Positions 51,704-61,686 of a DNA stretch of 64,000 nucleotides are shown here, in pieces (within the stretch, counting starts at the first letter, position 1; every line of letters starts with the position of its first letter). A program made the translations under genes and the position numbers. Under the pieces are notes generated by a model. It had not been told where the DNA came from. It did no database searches and was given only the letters and a program-made list of their open reading frames with translations. Source of the DNA: an uncultured Prochlorococcus sp. (GTDB taxonomy: Bacteria; Cyanobacteriota; Cyanobacteriia; PCC-6307; Cyanobiaceae); assembly GCA_902616595.1 (NCBI GenBank), contig CACMTJ010000001.1, positions 114,655-178,654 on the forward strand, in the 5' to 3' direction.

Positions 51704-53620
51704 ATGCCAATAATTACCTTACCTGATGGTTCAAAAAAGGTTTTCGAAAAATCTGTAACTATTCTAGAAATTGCCCAGAGTATAGGCGATGGATTAGCTA
51801 AAGCAACAATTGCAGGGAAAGTAAATGATGTTCTTCTTGATGCAACTATTCCTATAAGTAGAGATTCCGAAGTTGTAATCATCACATCAAAAGATAAAGA
51901 AGGAATTGAAATAATAAGACATTCATTTGCTCACCTTATTGGTCATGCAGTTAAACAAATTTACTCTGATATTAAGATGGCGATTGGGCCTGTTATTGAA
52001 GATGGTTTTTATTATGATGTTTTTTCTGAATACAGATTTACTCCTGAAGATTTAATAAAAATCGAAAACAGAATAAACAAATTAATAAAAACGAACTATG
52101 ACGTTGAAATTTTACAAGTTTCTAAAGAAGATGCAATTAAAACGTTTAAAGAAAGAGATGAGACTTTTAAATTAAGAATAATTGAAGAAATTCCTGATGA
52201 AGGTCTCATAAATTTGTACAAACACGAAGAATATATCGATATGTGTAGAGGGCCTCACGTACCCAATACTAGACATTTGAGACACTTTAAATTACTAAAA
52301 TTATCAGGTTCATACTGGAGAGGGAATTGTGAAAATGAATCATTACAGAGAATATATGGAACTGCATGGGCGAAAGAAAAAGAACTCAAAGATTATTTAA
52401 CAAGAATTGAAGAAGCGGAAAAAAGGGATCATAGAAAACTTGGTAAAAAACATTCACTATTTCATATACAAGAAGAATCTCCAGGAATGATTTTTTGGCA
52501 TCCAAATGGATGGACAATTTACCAAGTACTGGAAAAATACATAAGAGAAATACTCAAAAAAAATGATTATTTAGAAATTAAAACCCCACAAGCTGTTGAT
52601 AAATCTCTTTGGGAAAAATCCGGTCATTGGGAAAAATTTAGAGACGATATGTTCACTACTGCATCAGAAAATCGAACTTATGCAATTAAACCAATGAATT
52701 GTCCATGCCATATACAAATATTTAATCAAGGTTTAAAAAGTTATAAGGATTTACCTATTCGCCTTGCTGAATTTGGTTCTTGTCACAGGAATGAACCTTC
52801 TGGAGCACTGCACGGCTTAATGAGAGTAAGAAACTTTACTCAAGATGATGCACACATATTCTGTACAGAAGAGCAAATTCAAGAGGAGGTATCAACTTTT
52901 ATAGATCTTGTTTTCGAGGTTTATAAAACTTTTGGTTTTGATGAAATCATTATCAAATTATCAACCCGTCCTGAAAAAAGGGTAGGTAGTGAAGAGATTT
53001 GGGATAAATCAGAGGAGGCTCTTACCAAAGCTCTCGATAATAAGAATCTAAAATGGGAACTCCAACCAGGAGAAGGGGCTTTTTATGGTCCCAAAATAGA
53101 ATTCTCCTTAAAAGATTGTCTTAATAGAGTCTGGCAATGCGGCACTATTCAGGTTGATTTCTCAATGCCTATTAGATTGGATGCAACTTATGTAGATATT
53201 GATAATGAGAAAAGAAATCCAGTTATGCTTCATAGAGCAATTTTAGGCTCCTTTGAGAGATTTATTGGAATCTTAATTGAACAATATGAGGCAAAATTCC
53301 CAATTTGGCTTGCACCTTATCAAATAATTTTATTGAGCATTACAGATAGAAATATTGAAAAGTGTTTAAAGTTTAATGAATTAATAAATAATAATGGTTA
53401 CCGTTCAAAAGTTGATGTTAGGAATGAAAAAATAGGATATAAAATAAGAGAGGCTACTCTGGGGAGAGTTCCTTTAATTGCAGTTATTGGAGATAAAGAA
53501 GAGGAAATTGATTCAGTCGCTTTAAGAGCTTTAGATGGAACAAATTTAGGAATTTTTGACCTACCTAATCTGTACAATTTAATGAATGAATTAATAGAAA
53601 AAAAAGGGAGAACAGAATAG
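51704..53620 (+). CDS. thrS: Threonyl-tRNA synthetase (with TGS and editing domains)
   Basis: [45 protein letters not shown]. Confidence 0.97.
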   Translation: MPIITLPDGSKKVFEKSVTILEIAQSIGDGLAKATIAGKVNDVLLDATIPISRDSEVVIITSKDKEGIEIIRHSFAHLIGHAVKQIYSDIKMAIGPVIEDGFYYDVFSEYRFTPEDLIKIENRINKLIKTNYDVEILQVSKEDAIKTFKERDETFKLRIIEEIPDEGLINLYKHEEYIDMCRGPHVPNTRHLRHFKLLKLSGSYWRGNCENESLQRIYGTAWAKEKELKDYLTRIEEAEKRDHRKLGKKHSLFHIQEESPGMIFWHPNGWTIYQVLEKYIREILKKNDYLEIKTPQAVDKSLWEKSGHWEKFRDDMFTTASENRTYAIKPMNCPCHIQIFNQGLKSYKDLPIRLAEFGSCHRNEPSGALHGLMRVRNFTQDDAHIFCTEEQIQEEVSTFIDLVFEVYKTFGFDEIIIKLSTRPEKRVGSEEIWDKSEEALTKALDNKNLKWELQPGEGAFYGPKIEFSLKDCLNRVWQCGTIQVDFSMPIRLDATYVDIDNEKRNPVMLHRAILGSFERFIGILIEQYEAKFPIWLAPYQIILLSITDRNIEKCLKFNELINNNGYRSKVDVRNEKIGYKIREATLGRVPLIAVIGDKEEEIDSVALRALDGTNLGIFDLPNLYNLMNELIEKKGRTE

Positions 53621-53630
53621 TTTCGAATAG

Positions 53631-54665
53631 ATGAATTTTCTGGCTTGTGATTTAGGAGGTACCAAGGTTCTATTGGGAGTTTTCAAAAGAGTAATAAATG
53701 ATGATTCGCCTAAATTGTTATTCAAAAAGAAATATATATCTTCTGATTGGAATTCTTTCGAACTTATTCTAGAAGATTTTCTTAAAAATGAATGCAAAAA
53801 TATTACCTATCCCTCTTCTGCATGTTTCGCCGTAGCTGGTCCTTTATCTAACAACAACGCAAAAATCATTAACTTGTCATGGAATATTTCAGGAAATGCT
53901 TTGCAGAAAAAATTTAATTTTAAAAGATGTGAGCTAATAAATGATTTCGCTGTACAAATTTATGGAATACCTTTTTTAAAAAAAGATCAATATTCTACTA
54001 TCCAAAATGGATCTCATTCTGAAGGTGCTAATAATGATTTGCATGCCATTGTTGGGGCCGGGACTGGTTTGGGCATCGCAAGAGGCATAATATCAGGGGG
54101 GAAGGTAAAAGTTTTAGCTAGTGAAGGTGGTCATGTTGAGTACTCGCCAAAGTCAAAATTAGAATGGGAATTGAAAATTTGGCTTAAGAATTATCTAAAA
54201 GTTGAGAGGATATCTTGTGAAAGAATTATTAGCGGCACTGGTTTATCAAGAATTGTCGAATGGCGACTAAGCAAATCTGATGCCAAAAAACATCCTCTAC
54301 AAAAATATTTAAAAGAAATTAAAGTTTTTGATGCAAAAAGAAAAGAACTCCCTGAAAAAATTTGCAATCTTTCTAAAGAAGGGGATCCGCTAATGATTGA
54401 AGTTGAGAGTATTTGGTTAGGAGCTTATGCCTCTTTATTAGGAGATGTTGCTCTTCAAGAATTGTGCTTTGGCGGGTTATGGATTTCTGGAGGAACCGCA
54501 TCAAAACATTTCAAAAACTTTAAATCAGATTTATTTTTAAAACAATTTTTCGACAAGGGAAGATTAAAAGATATTCTTAAAACAATACCTATGAAAGTAA
54601 TTTTAGATGAGGAGTTTGGACTTTATAGTGCAGCCTGCAGAGCAAAAATGCTTTTAAAAACTTAA
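53631..54665 (+). CDS. glk: Glucokinase
   Basis: DLGGT, AVAGP, INDF, GAGTGLG, SEGGH. Confidence 0.94.
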   Translation: MNFLACDLGGTKVLLGVFKRVINDDSPKLLFKKKYISSDWNSFELILEDFLKNECKNITYPSSACFAVAGPLSNNNAKIINLSWNISGNALQKKFNFKRCELINDFAVQIYGIPFLKKDQYSTIQNGSHSEGANNDLHAIVGAGTGLGIARGIISGGKVKVLASEGGHVEYSPKSKLEWELKIWLKNYLKVERISCERIISGTGLSRIVEWRLSKSDAKKHPLQKYLKEIKVFDAKRKELPEKICNLSKEGDPLMIEVESIWLGAYASLLGDVALQELCFGGLWISGGTASKHFKNFKSDLFLKQFFDKGRLKDILKTIPMKVILDEEFGLYSAACRAKMLLKT

Positions 54666-54674
54666 AAACAAAAA

Positions 54675-55622
54675 ATGTCTATTCCTGGTGTAGGTAAACA
54701 AATAAGGGTAACAGTGCCTTCCACAACTGCCAATTTAGGGCCTGGATTCGATTGTCTTGGAGCAGCATTAGATTTATATAATGAATTTATATTTACAAGA
54801 ATCGAAGGTGGTGGAGATAGATTTGATTTAATAATGGAAAGTACAGATGGTAATCATTTAAGAGGAGGACCTGAAAACTTAGTTTTCAGAGCAGCTCAGA
54901 AAGTATGGGAGAGTGCAAATATTGATCCTTTTGCACTTGAAGCAAGAGTTAAGTTGGCAGTACCGCCTGCACGAGGACTTGGAAGTAGTGCAACAGCAAT
55001 AGTTGCTGGACTAATCGGAGCGAATGCAATAATGGACTCACCATTATCTAAAGAAAAACTCCTTGAACTTGCCATTAGTATAGAAGGTCATCCAGATAAT
55101 GTGGTGCCCTCTCTGCTGGGTGGTCTTTGTTTGACAGCTAAGTCTTCTTCTCAAAGGTGGAGAATCATTAGATGTGATTGGAACGATTCAATAAAAGCTG
55201 TTGTAGCAATACCTGCAATTCGTCTCAGCACAAGTGAAGCAAGAAAGGTTATGCCCAAGAATGTTCCTATATCTGATGCCGTGACAAATATGGGTGCACT
55301 TACTTTGTTACTAAATGGATTAAAAGCAGGAAATGAGGATCTGATAAAAGAGGGAATGTTTGATAAATTACATGAACCCTACAGATGGAAACTTATTAAA
55401 GGTGGACTAGAAGTCAAAGATGCCGCACTAAATGCAGGTGCTTTAGGATGCGCAATTAGTGGAGCTGGGCCAAGTATCTTAGCCCTCTGTAAAAAAGAAA
55501 ATGGTAAAAACATAAGTCAAGCCATGGTGAAAGCATGGGAGAAATTAGGTGTAGCTAGCAGAGCACCATTCTTAAACGTTCAAACAACTGGCAGCCAATT
55601 TAGCACTATCTCTAGTAAGTAG
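54675..55622 (+). CDS. thrB: Homoserine kinase
   Basis: TTANLGPGFD, PPARGLGSSA, EGHPDN, ISGAGPS. Confidence 0.96.
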   Translation: MSIPGVGKQIRVTVPSTTANLGPGFDCLGAALDLYNEFIFTRIEGGGDRFDLIMESTDGNHLRGGPENLVFRAAQKVWESANIDPFALEARVKLAVPPARGLGSSATAIVAGLIGANAIMDSPLSKEKLLELAISIEGHPDNVVPSLLGGLCLTAKSSSQRWRIIRCDWNDSIKAVVAIPAIRLSTSEARKVMPKNVPISDAVTNMGALTLLLNGLKAGNEDLIKEGMFDKLHEPYRWKLIKGGLEVKDAALNAGALGCAISGAGPSILALCKKENGKNISQAMVKAWEKLGVASRAPFLNVQTTGSQFSTISSK

Positions 55623-55701
55623 TTTTACTTAGGCATTTTTAATGTTATAGTCTCAAGCTAGTACAACTTCAACTAGAATACAAAAATTATTCATTCCATA
55701 A

Positions 55702-57243
55702 ATGAATTTAGAATCTTTTCCTTTGTTATCATCTATTGTTTTACTGCCTTTAACTGGGGCATTAATAATGCCTTTTTTGAGTTCGAAGGAAGGAGAAGAT
55801 AATGCACTCCCACGAAATATCTCATTAAGTTTTTTATTTGTAGATTTTTTACTAATAATTGGTGTTCTTTTACAAAAATTCAATACTTCAGATAGCTCCT
55901 TGCAACTTATAGAAAGAGTTTCCTGGTTGCCTTCAATAGGTTTAGAGTGGTCTCTTGGCGTAGATGGGTTATCTGCTCCTTTAGTTGCTTTGAGTGGTTT
56001 AATTACATTTCTATCTGCTGCTGCAAGTTGGAAAATCAAGAAAAAATCTAATTTATATTTTGCTCTTTTATTAGTCCAAGCATCAGCACAGGCACTAGTT
56101 TTCCTTTCTCAAGATTTCCTATTATTTTTCTTGGCATGGGAACTTGAACTAGTTCCGGTGTATCTTCTTATTGCGATTTGGGGAGGGAAAAAGAAATTAT
56201 ATGCTGCAACTAAATTCATTCTTTATACAGCTTTAGCTTCTTTATTAATACTCATAAGTGGGTTAGCACTTGCCTTGAGTGGTGATACCTTTACTTTAAA
56301 TATTACTGATTTAACCAATAAACATGTAACAGGCAGCCTAGCTTTATTATCTTATTTAGGATTTTTAATTGGTTTTGGAGTAAAACTACCTATCTTTCCA
56401 TTACATACTTGGTTACCCGATGCACATGGAGAGGCTAATGCTCCAGTTTCGATGTTACTAGCTGGAATACTCTTAAAAATGGGAGGTTATGCTCTCTTAA
56501 GATTCAATGTTCAAATACTCCCTGAAGTACATCTTCAAATTGCACCTGCGTTAATTATTCTCGGAATCATTAATATAATTTACGGAGCTCTAAATGCATT
56601 TGCACAAGATAATGTCAAAAGGAGAATTGCATGTAGCTCTGTGAGTCATATGGGTTTTGTCCTGTTAGGGATTGGAGCAGTAGATGCTCTAGGTATTAGC
56701 GGAGCAATGTTGCAAATGATTAGTCACGGACTTATAGCTGCGGCTATGTTCTTTGTTACAGGCTCATTTTATGAAAGAACAAATACTCTTTCTATACCAA
56801 ATATGGGCGGCTTAGCAAAGGTCTTGCCAATAACTTTTGCTTTTTTCTTAGCAAGCTCACTAGCCTCTTTAGCACTACCTGGCATGAGTGGTTTTATAAG
56901 TGAAATAACTGTATTTTTAGGTATCACAAGTCAAGAAGGCTTCAGCTCTATCTTTAGATCGATCACTATTCTTATTGCAGCTATAGGTTTAGTTCTTACA
57001 CCAATATATCTATTATCAATGTGTAGAAGAGTATTTTTTGGCCCTAGAATTCCCGCACTAGCTACAGTCAAAGAGATGAATGGTCGAGAATTGACAATTG
57101 GTTTCAGCTTATTGTTGCCTACTTTGGTGATAGGTTTTTGGCCAAAAATCGCGATAAATTTATACGAATCTTCAACCAATGCTCTCAGTCAGCAGCTTAC
57201 TCTAGCTAAATTAGTTGGATTAATACCAACTTTAGTAAATTAA
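55702..57243 (+). CDS. ndhD: NAD(P)H-quinone oxidoreductase subunit 4
   Basis: [44 protein letters not shown]. Confidence 0.93.
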   Translation: MNLESFPLLSSIVLLPLTGALIMPFLSSKEGEDNALPRNISLSFLFVDFLLIIGVLLQKFNTSDSSLQLIERVSWLPSIGLEWSLGVDGLSAPLVALSGLITFLSAAASWKIKKKSNLYFALLLVQASAQALVFLSQDFLLFFLAWELELVPVYLLIAIWGGKKKLYAATKFILYTALASLLILISGLALALSGDTFTLNITDLTNKHVTGSLALLSYLGFLIGFGVKLPIFPLHTWLPDAHGEANAPVSMLLAGILLKMGGYALLRFNVQILPEVHLQIAPALIILGIINIIYGALNAFAQDNVKRRIACSSVSHMGFVLLGIGAVDALGISGAMLQMISHGLIAAAMFFVTGSFYERTNTLSIPNMGGLAKVLPITFAFFLASSLASLALPGMSGFISEITVFLGITSQEGFSSIFRSITILIAAIGLVLTPIYLLSMCRRVFFGPRIPALATVKEMNGRELTIGFSLLLPTLVIGFWPKIAINLYESSTNALSQQLTLAKLVGLIPTLVN

Positions 57244-57256
57244 ATTACTTTAATAA

Positions 57257-59344
57257 ATGGATACCTCAATTTTTAAGTATGGAGAATTACCAGAATTTCA
57301 AAAATTTACTCCCGAAAGCATAAGTAAACAATTACCAGTAGTACTTGAAAAGATAGCTGAAGATTTTAAAAACATAGAAAATAATTTATCTAATTATTTA
57401 CTTCAAAATGATTTAAATTGGGATAAGGTAATAAATCCCTTAAATGAAGTAAATGAAATTCTTAGATGGAGTTGGGGAGTAATAAGCCACCTAAATGCAG
57501 TAAATAATTCTGAATCTCTAAGAGACATTTATTCAAAATTTCTTCCTGAGATTATTAGCTTGAGAAATAAATTCGGACAAAGTAAAATAATTTACAATTC
57601 TTTAGTCAAGCTTAAAGAGAAAAATAACTTTGATCAAATTAAAAACAGAATTTTGGATAAAGAAATTCTTGAGATGCAACATAGAGGAATTTCACTACAA
57701 AAGAATGATCAAGAAGAATTCAACAAAATTTCAGAAAAGCTTGGAAAGCTATCAACAGACTTCAGCAATAATGTTCTCGATGCTACTAATAAATGGTTTT
57801 TAATATTAAATAAGAAATCTGAAGTTGATGGTCTTCCTGAAAGAGTACTTGAATTAATGGCAATTTCTGCACACAACCACTTAAAAAAGGATGAAGAAGT
57901 CGATATCAAAAATGGTCCTTGGAAATTAAGTCTAGATATACCAACTTATAATTCCTTTATGACGTATGCCACCGACCGTAATCTTAGGGAGAAATTATAT
58001 AAGGCATTCTTTGGTAGGGCATCTCAAGGAGAAAATAATAATTCTCAAATCATTGAAGAGATATTATCTCTTAGAACTAAACAGGCTAATCTACTCGGTT
58101 ATAAAAGTTGGGCAGAACTAAGTTTGTCAACAAAAATGGCGAAAGAAATTAAAAATGTTGAAACCCTTTTAGAAGAATTGAGAGCACCAGCATTCAAAAC
58201 CGCAAAAATTGAATTAGAAATGCTCGATAAGTTTTCTAAAGCTAATGGGTTTTCAGAATCACAGAATATCGAGCCATGGGATATTAGTTATTGGTCAGAA
58301 CTTCTTAGAAAGGAAAAGCTCAATTTGGATCAAGAGTCTTTGAGACCTTGGTTCCCACTAAATGATGTTTTGAAAGGTTTATTTAAATTAAGCGAAAAGC
58401 TTTTTGAAATTAAAGTTGTCGAGGCAACTGATGAGGCGCCTCTTTGGAATGATGACGTATTATTTTTTAATATCCTCAATAAAGAAGATAAGAAAATAGC
58501 ATCCTTTTACCTCGATCCATATTCGAGGCCTGAATCAAAGAGAGGCGGGGCTTGGATGGATGAATGTTTGAATAAAAACAATATTGGTAAAAAGACCCTT
58601 CCTGTAGCGTATCTCGTTTGTAATCAGACTCCACCATCAAAAGATAAACCGAGTTTGATGAGTTTTGAAGAAGTTCAGACTTTGTTCCATGAATTTGGTC
58701 ATGGTCTTCAACACATGCTTACCACTGTAAATCTTCCTCAAGCAGCTGGTATCAATAATGTTGAATGGGATGCTGTCGAACTTCCAAGTCAATTCATGGA
58801 AAACTGGTGTTTCCACAAAAACACACTTTTGAATATTGCTAAGCACTATAAAACAGGAGAAAAATTATCCGATGAAAATTTTGAGAAGCTCCTAGAGAAT
58901 AGAACTTTTAATTGTGGAATGGCGACTCTTAGACAACTACATCTCGCAATAACAGACCTCAGATTACACAGTAGTATTTATAAAAACGAAGATAAAACAG
59001 CAGATGAAATAAGAAGAGAAATTGCGAAACAAACTACTGTTATTGAACCAATTAAAGAAGATCAATTTCTTTGTTGTTTTAGTCATATATTTGCAGGAGG
59101 ATATTCTGCAGGATATTACTCATATAAATGGGCCGAAGTTCTAAGTGCTGATGCTTTTTCAATGTTTGAAGAGGCTGATTTAGAAAACTCTGAAGATTTA
59201 AAATTAATAGGAAAGAAATTTAAAGATACAATACTAAGTCTGGGAGGAAGCTTACCTCCATTAGACATATTTAAATTATTTAGGGGAAGAGAGCCACAAA
59301 CAGATCCTTTAATAAGACATTTGGGGCTATCTGGAGCTACATAA
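57257..59344 (+). CDS. prlC: Oligopeptidase A (M3 family)
   Basis: KRGGAWM, FHEFGHGLQH, DAVELPSQ, YSAGYYSY. Confidence 0.93.
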   Translation: MDTSIFKYGELPEFQKFTPESISKQLPVVLEKIAEDFKNIENNLSNYLLQNDLNWDKVINPLNEVNEILRWSWGVISHLNAVNNSESLRDIYSKFLPEIISLRNKFGQSKIIYNSLVKLKEKNNFDQIKNRILDKEILEMQHRGISLQKNDQEEFNKISEKLGKLSTDFSNNVLDATNKWFLILNKKSEVDGLPERVLELMAISAHNHLKKDEEVDIKNGPWKLSLDIPTYNSFMTYATDRNLREKLYKAFFGRASQGENNNSQIIEEILSLRTKQANLLGYKSWAELSLSTKMAKEIKNVETLLEELRAPAFKTAKIELEMLDKFSKANGFSESQNIEPWDISYWSELLRKEKLNLDQESLRPWFPLNDVLKGLFKLSEKLFEIKVVEATDEAPLWNDDVLFFNILNKEDKKIASFYLDPYSRPESKRGGAWMDECLNKNNIGKKTLPVAYLVCNQTPPSKDKPSLMSFEEVQTLFHEFGHGLQHMLTTVNLPQAAGINNVEWDAVELPSQFMENWCFHKNTLLNIAKHYKTGEKLSDENFEKLLENRTFNCGMATLRQLHLAITDLRLHSSIYKNEDKTADEIRREIAKQTTVIEPIKEDQFLCCFSHIFAGGYSAGYYSYKWAEVLSADAFSMFEEADLENSEDLKLIGKKFKDTILSLGGSLPPLDIFKLFRGREPQTDPLIRHLGLSGAT

Positions 59345-59948
59345 TAATTTCATCGATTATTTTGTCAACGACTGATTTGTTTCTTACCAGATTTCTATGT
59401 TTAAATACTTTTACTGAAATTTTTTTCCCAAATTTTAAATTTGTCCACCATCCAGGAAAAACCATCATATCCCAATAAGTAAAGAAATTTATACACTCAA
59501 TATCATCAAGTAAAAAATCATTATTTGCGAGCTCCCTTAAAAACTTACTATTTATTTTCATTTCTGATATTCCTCTAAAAGGGTATTTAGGTATTAATTG
59601 AGCCATCAAAGTTCCTTTGTGAGGGGAACCTATAGATATTAATCTCCTTGTTCTTTTACATCCATTAAATTTTTGAAGCCAGTACCTACCAATTATTCCT
59701 CCCATAGAAAATCCTAAAATATCTATTTCTTTTTCTAAACCATATTTCTCTAAAATTAATTCGTTTAATTTATTAGTCAAATCAAGAATTGAAGTCATTC
59801 CAAATGAATGCTTAAGAGTTGGGGCAAAATATTCTATGCCAATATCATCAAGTTTTGACGTAATAGATGAAAAAATACTTGAAGTATTCCAAAGACCATG
59901 AATCAATATAATTGGATTACTTTTTTCCAATACTTTAATTATTTTCAA
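59337..59948 (-). CDS. Lipase/esterase alpha/beta hydrolase
   Basis: HGLW, GFSMGG, GSPHKGT. Confidence 0.85.
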   Translation of the reverse strand: MKIIKVLEKSNPIILIHGLWNTSSIFSSITSKLDDIGIEYFAPTLKHSFGMTSILDLTNKLNELILEKYGLEKEIDILGFSMGGIIGRYWLQKFNGCKRTRRLISIGSPHKGTLMAQLIPKYPFRGISEMKINSKFLRELANNDFLLDDIECINFFTYWDMMVFPGWWTNLKFGKKISVKVFKHRNLVRNKSVVDKIIDEIIM

Positions 59949-60297
59949 GAATTCTTACTATTGACACCTGCCCATCGAAACCTGTGATTGGAGGATTGCA
60001 TTTTGTCAAAATAATTTTAATTTTAGAAAGCTTAAATTCCTGATCAATGATTTCTAGAATAGAGTTTGAATATTTTTCGATTGTGAAACAATATATTTTC
60101 TTTGCTTGATCTTTTAAAATTTGAACTAATTTTGAATAGTCAACCGTTTTTTTTATATCATCATTTACTGTACATTTTTCAAAATCAGTCCACAAAAATA
60201 TATCTAAAATAAATAGTTGTCCTAGTTCCCTTTCTTCATCAAGAACGCCAACCCTAGCCCAAAGTTTAATATTCTCAATTTTTAAAAAAGTTTCCAT
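59935..60297 (-). CDS. folB: Dihydroneopterin aldolase
   Basis: GV..EERELGQ, TVDYS, TIE, K.NPPI. Confidence 0.88.
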   Translation of the reverse strand: METFLKIENIKLWARVGVLDEERELGQLFILDIFLWTDFEKCTVNDDIKKTVDYSKLVQILKDQAKKIYCFTIEKYSNSILEIIDQEFKLSKIKIILTKCNPPITGFDGQVSIVRILENN

Positions 60298-60308
60298 TTT
60301 TAAAAGTT

Positions 60309-61619
60309 TTAAAGATCTTTATGTGTATAGATAGCTTTTCCTGATGAAAAATCATCAACTATATTCCCATCACCTTTTAGAAAATATTTATAAGTTACCA
60401 AACCTTCTAGACCTACAGGTCCCCTTGGTGGAAGAGTTTGAGTTGATATCCCAACTTCAGCTCCAAATCCATATCTAAAACCATCTGCAAACCTTGTAGA
60501 GCAATTATGTAAAACACCTGCACTATCAACTACATTCATAAATCTATTTGCAGTATTTGAATTTTCAGTAATTATTCCATCTGTATGTTTTGAACTATAT
60601 TTTTGAATATGTGTGATGGCCGCCTCAAGATCATCAACAATTTTTATCGATAGAATTAAATCTAAATATTCAGTTTGCCAATCTTCTGCACTAGCCTCAT
60701 GTTTTAATCCTAATTCAACTGATCTCCTATCTCCGATTAATTTAACATCATTAGAATTAAACAAAGGGATGGCCTTTTCTAAAAAAGCTGGTGCGATATC
60801 TTTATGGACTAATAAAGTTTCGATAGCATTACATGCTGCAGGATATTGAATTTTGCTGTCCAAAGCGACTGATAAAGCCATCTCTAGATTTGCCTCAATA
60901 TCTATAAACAAGTGACAAATTCCATCAGCGTGGCCCAGTACAGGAATTCTTGTATTATCCTGGATAAATTTAACTAATTCATTACTTCCTCTTGGAATTA
61001 TTAAATTAATATGTTTCTCAAGATTTAACATCGCCATGCTATCTTTTCTGCTTGTTAGTAAACATATTGCATTTTTATCAAGACCTGATTTATTTAAACC
61101 TTCTTGCAATGCTTTCACTATTGAAGTATTTGTTAAATTGGCTTCACTTCCACCTTTTAGCATTACTCCATTACCTGATCTTATTGCTAAAGAACTTATC
61201 TGCATCACGGCATCTGGCCTTGATTCAAAAATAACCCCTAAGACTCCAATTGGTACAGTTTTTCTTTTTAAGATCAATCCCTTTGAAAGCTCTCTTTTTA
61301 TTTGAACTTGATTTACAGGATCAGCTAATTCTCCAACTTTTCTTACTCCTTCAATTCCTGAATTTAATTTTGATTTTGATAACTTTAATCTAGAAAGTAA
61401 AGCCTTGGAAATACCTTTTTTTTCTGCATTTGAATAATCCGCATTATTAGCCTCTATTATTTCTTTAGAATTTTTCTCTAGATAATCAGCCATAGAATTT
61501 AAGGCTTTAATTCGATTTTGATTTTCAGTCTGACTTATTTTTATTGATGCCAAACGAACTTTCTCAGCTTTCTCTAAAAGATCATTATCTGGTTGAGGAA
61601 CTTCAAAGATATTAGACAT
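60309..61619 (-). CDS. proA: Gamma-glutamyl phosphate reductase
   Basis: FESRPD, LKGGSEA, IPRG, ACNAIE, STRFADG, RGPVGLEGL. Confidence 0.96.
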   Translation of the reverse strand: MSNIFEVPQPDNDLLEKAEKVRLASIKISQTENQNRIKALNSMADYLEKNSKEIIEANNADYSNAEKKGISKALLSRLKLSKSKLNSGIEGVRKVGELADPVNQVQIKRELSKGLILKRKTVPIGVLGVIFESRPDAVMQISSLAIRSGNGVMLKGGSEANLTNTSIVKALQEGLNKSGLDKNAICLLTSRKDSMAMLNLEKHINLIIPRGSNELVKFIQDNTRIPVLGHADGICHLFIDIEANLEMALSVALDSKIQYPAACNAIETLLVHKDIAPAFLEKAIPLFNSNDVKLIGDRRSVELGLKHEASAEDWQTEYLDLILSIKIVDDLEAAITHIQKYSSKHTDGIITENSNTANRFMNVVDSAGVLHNCSTRFADGFRYGFGAEVGISTQTLPPRGPVGLEGLVTYKYFLKGDGNIVDDFSSGKAIYTHKDL

Positions 61620-61686
61620 AATATTTTTTAGTTAATCCAATAATAATTCAAATTAACGATTCTTTAAAGTAAATTTCTTTTGTGAA

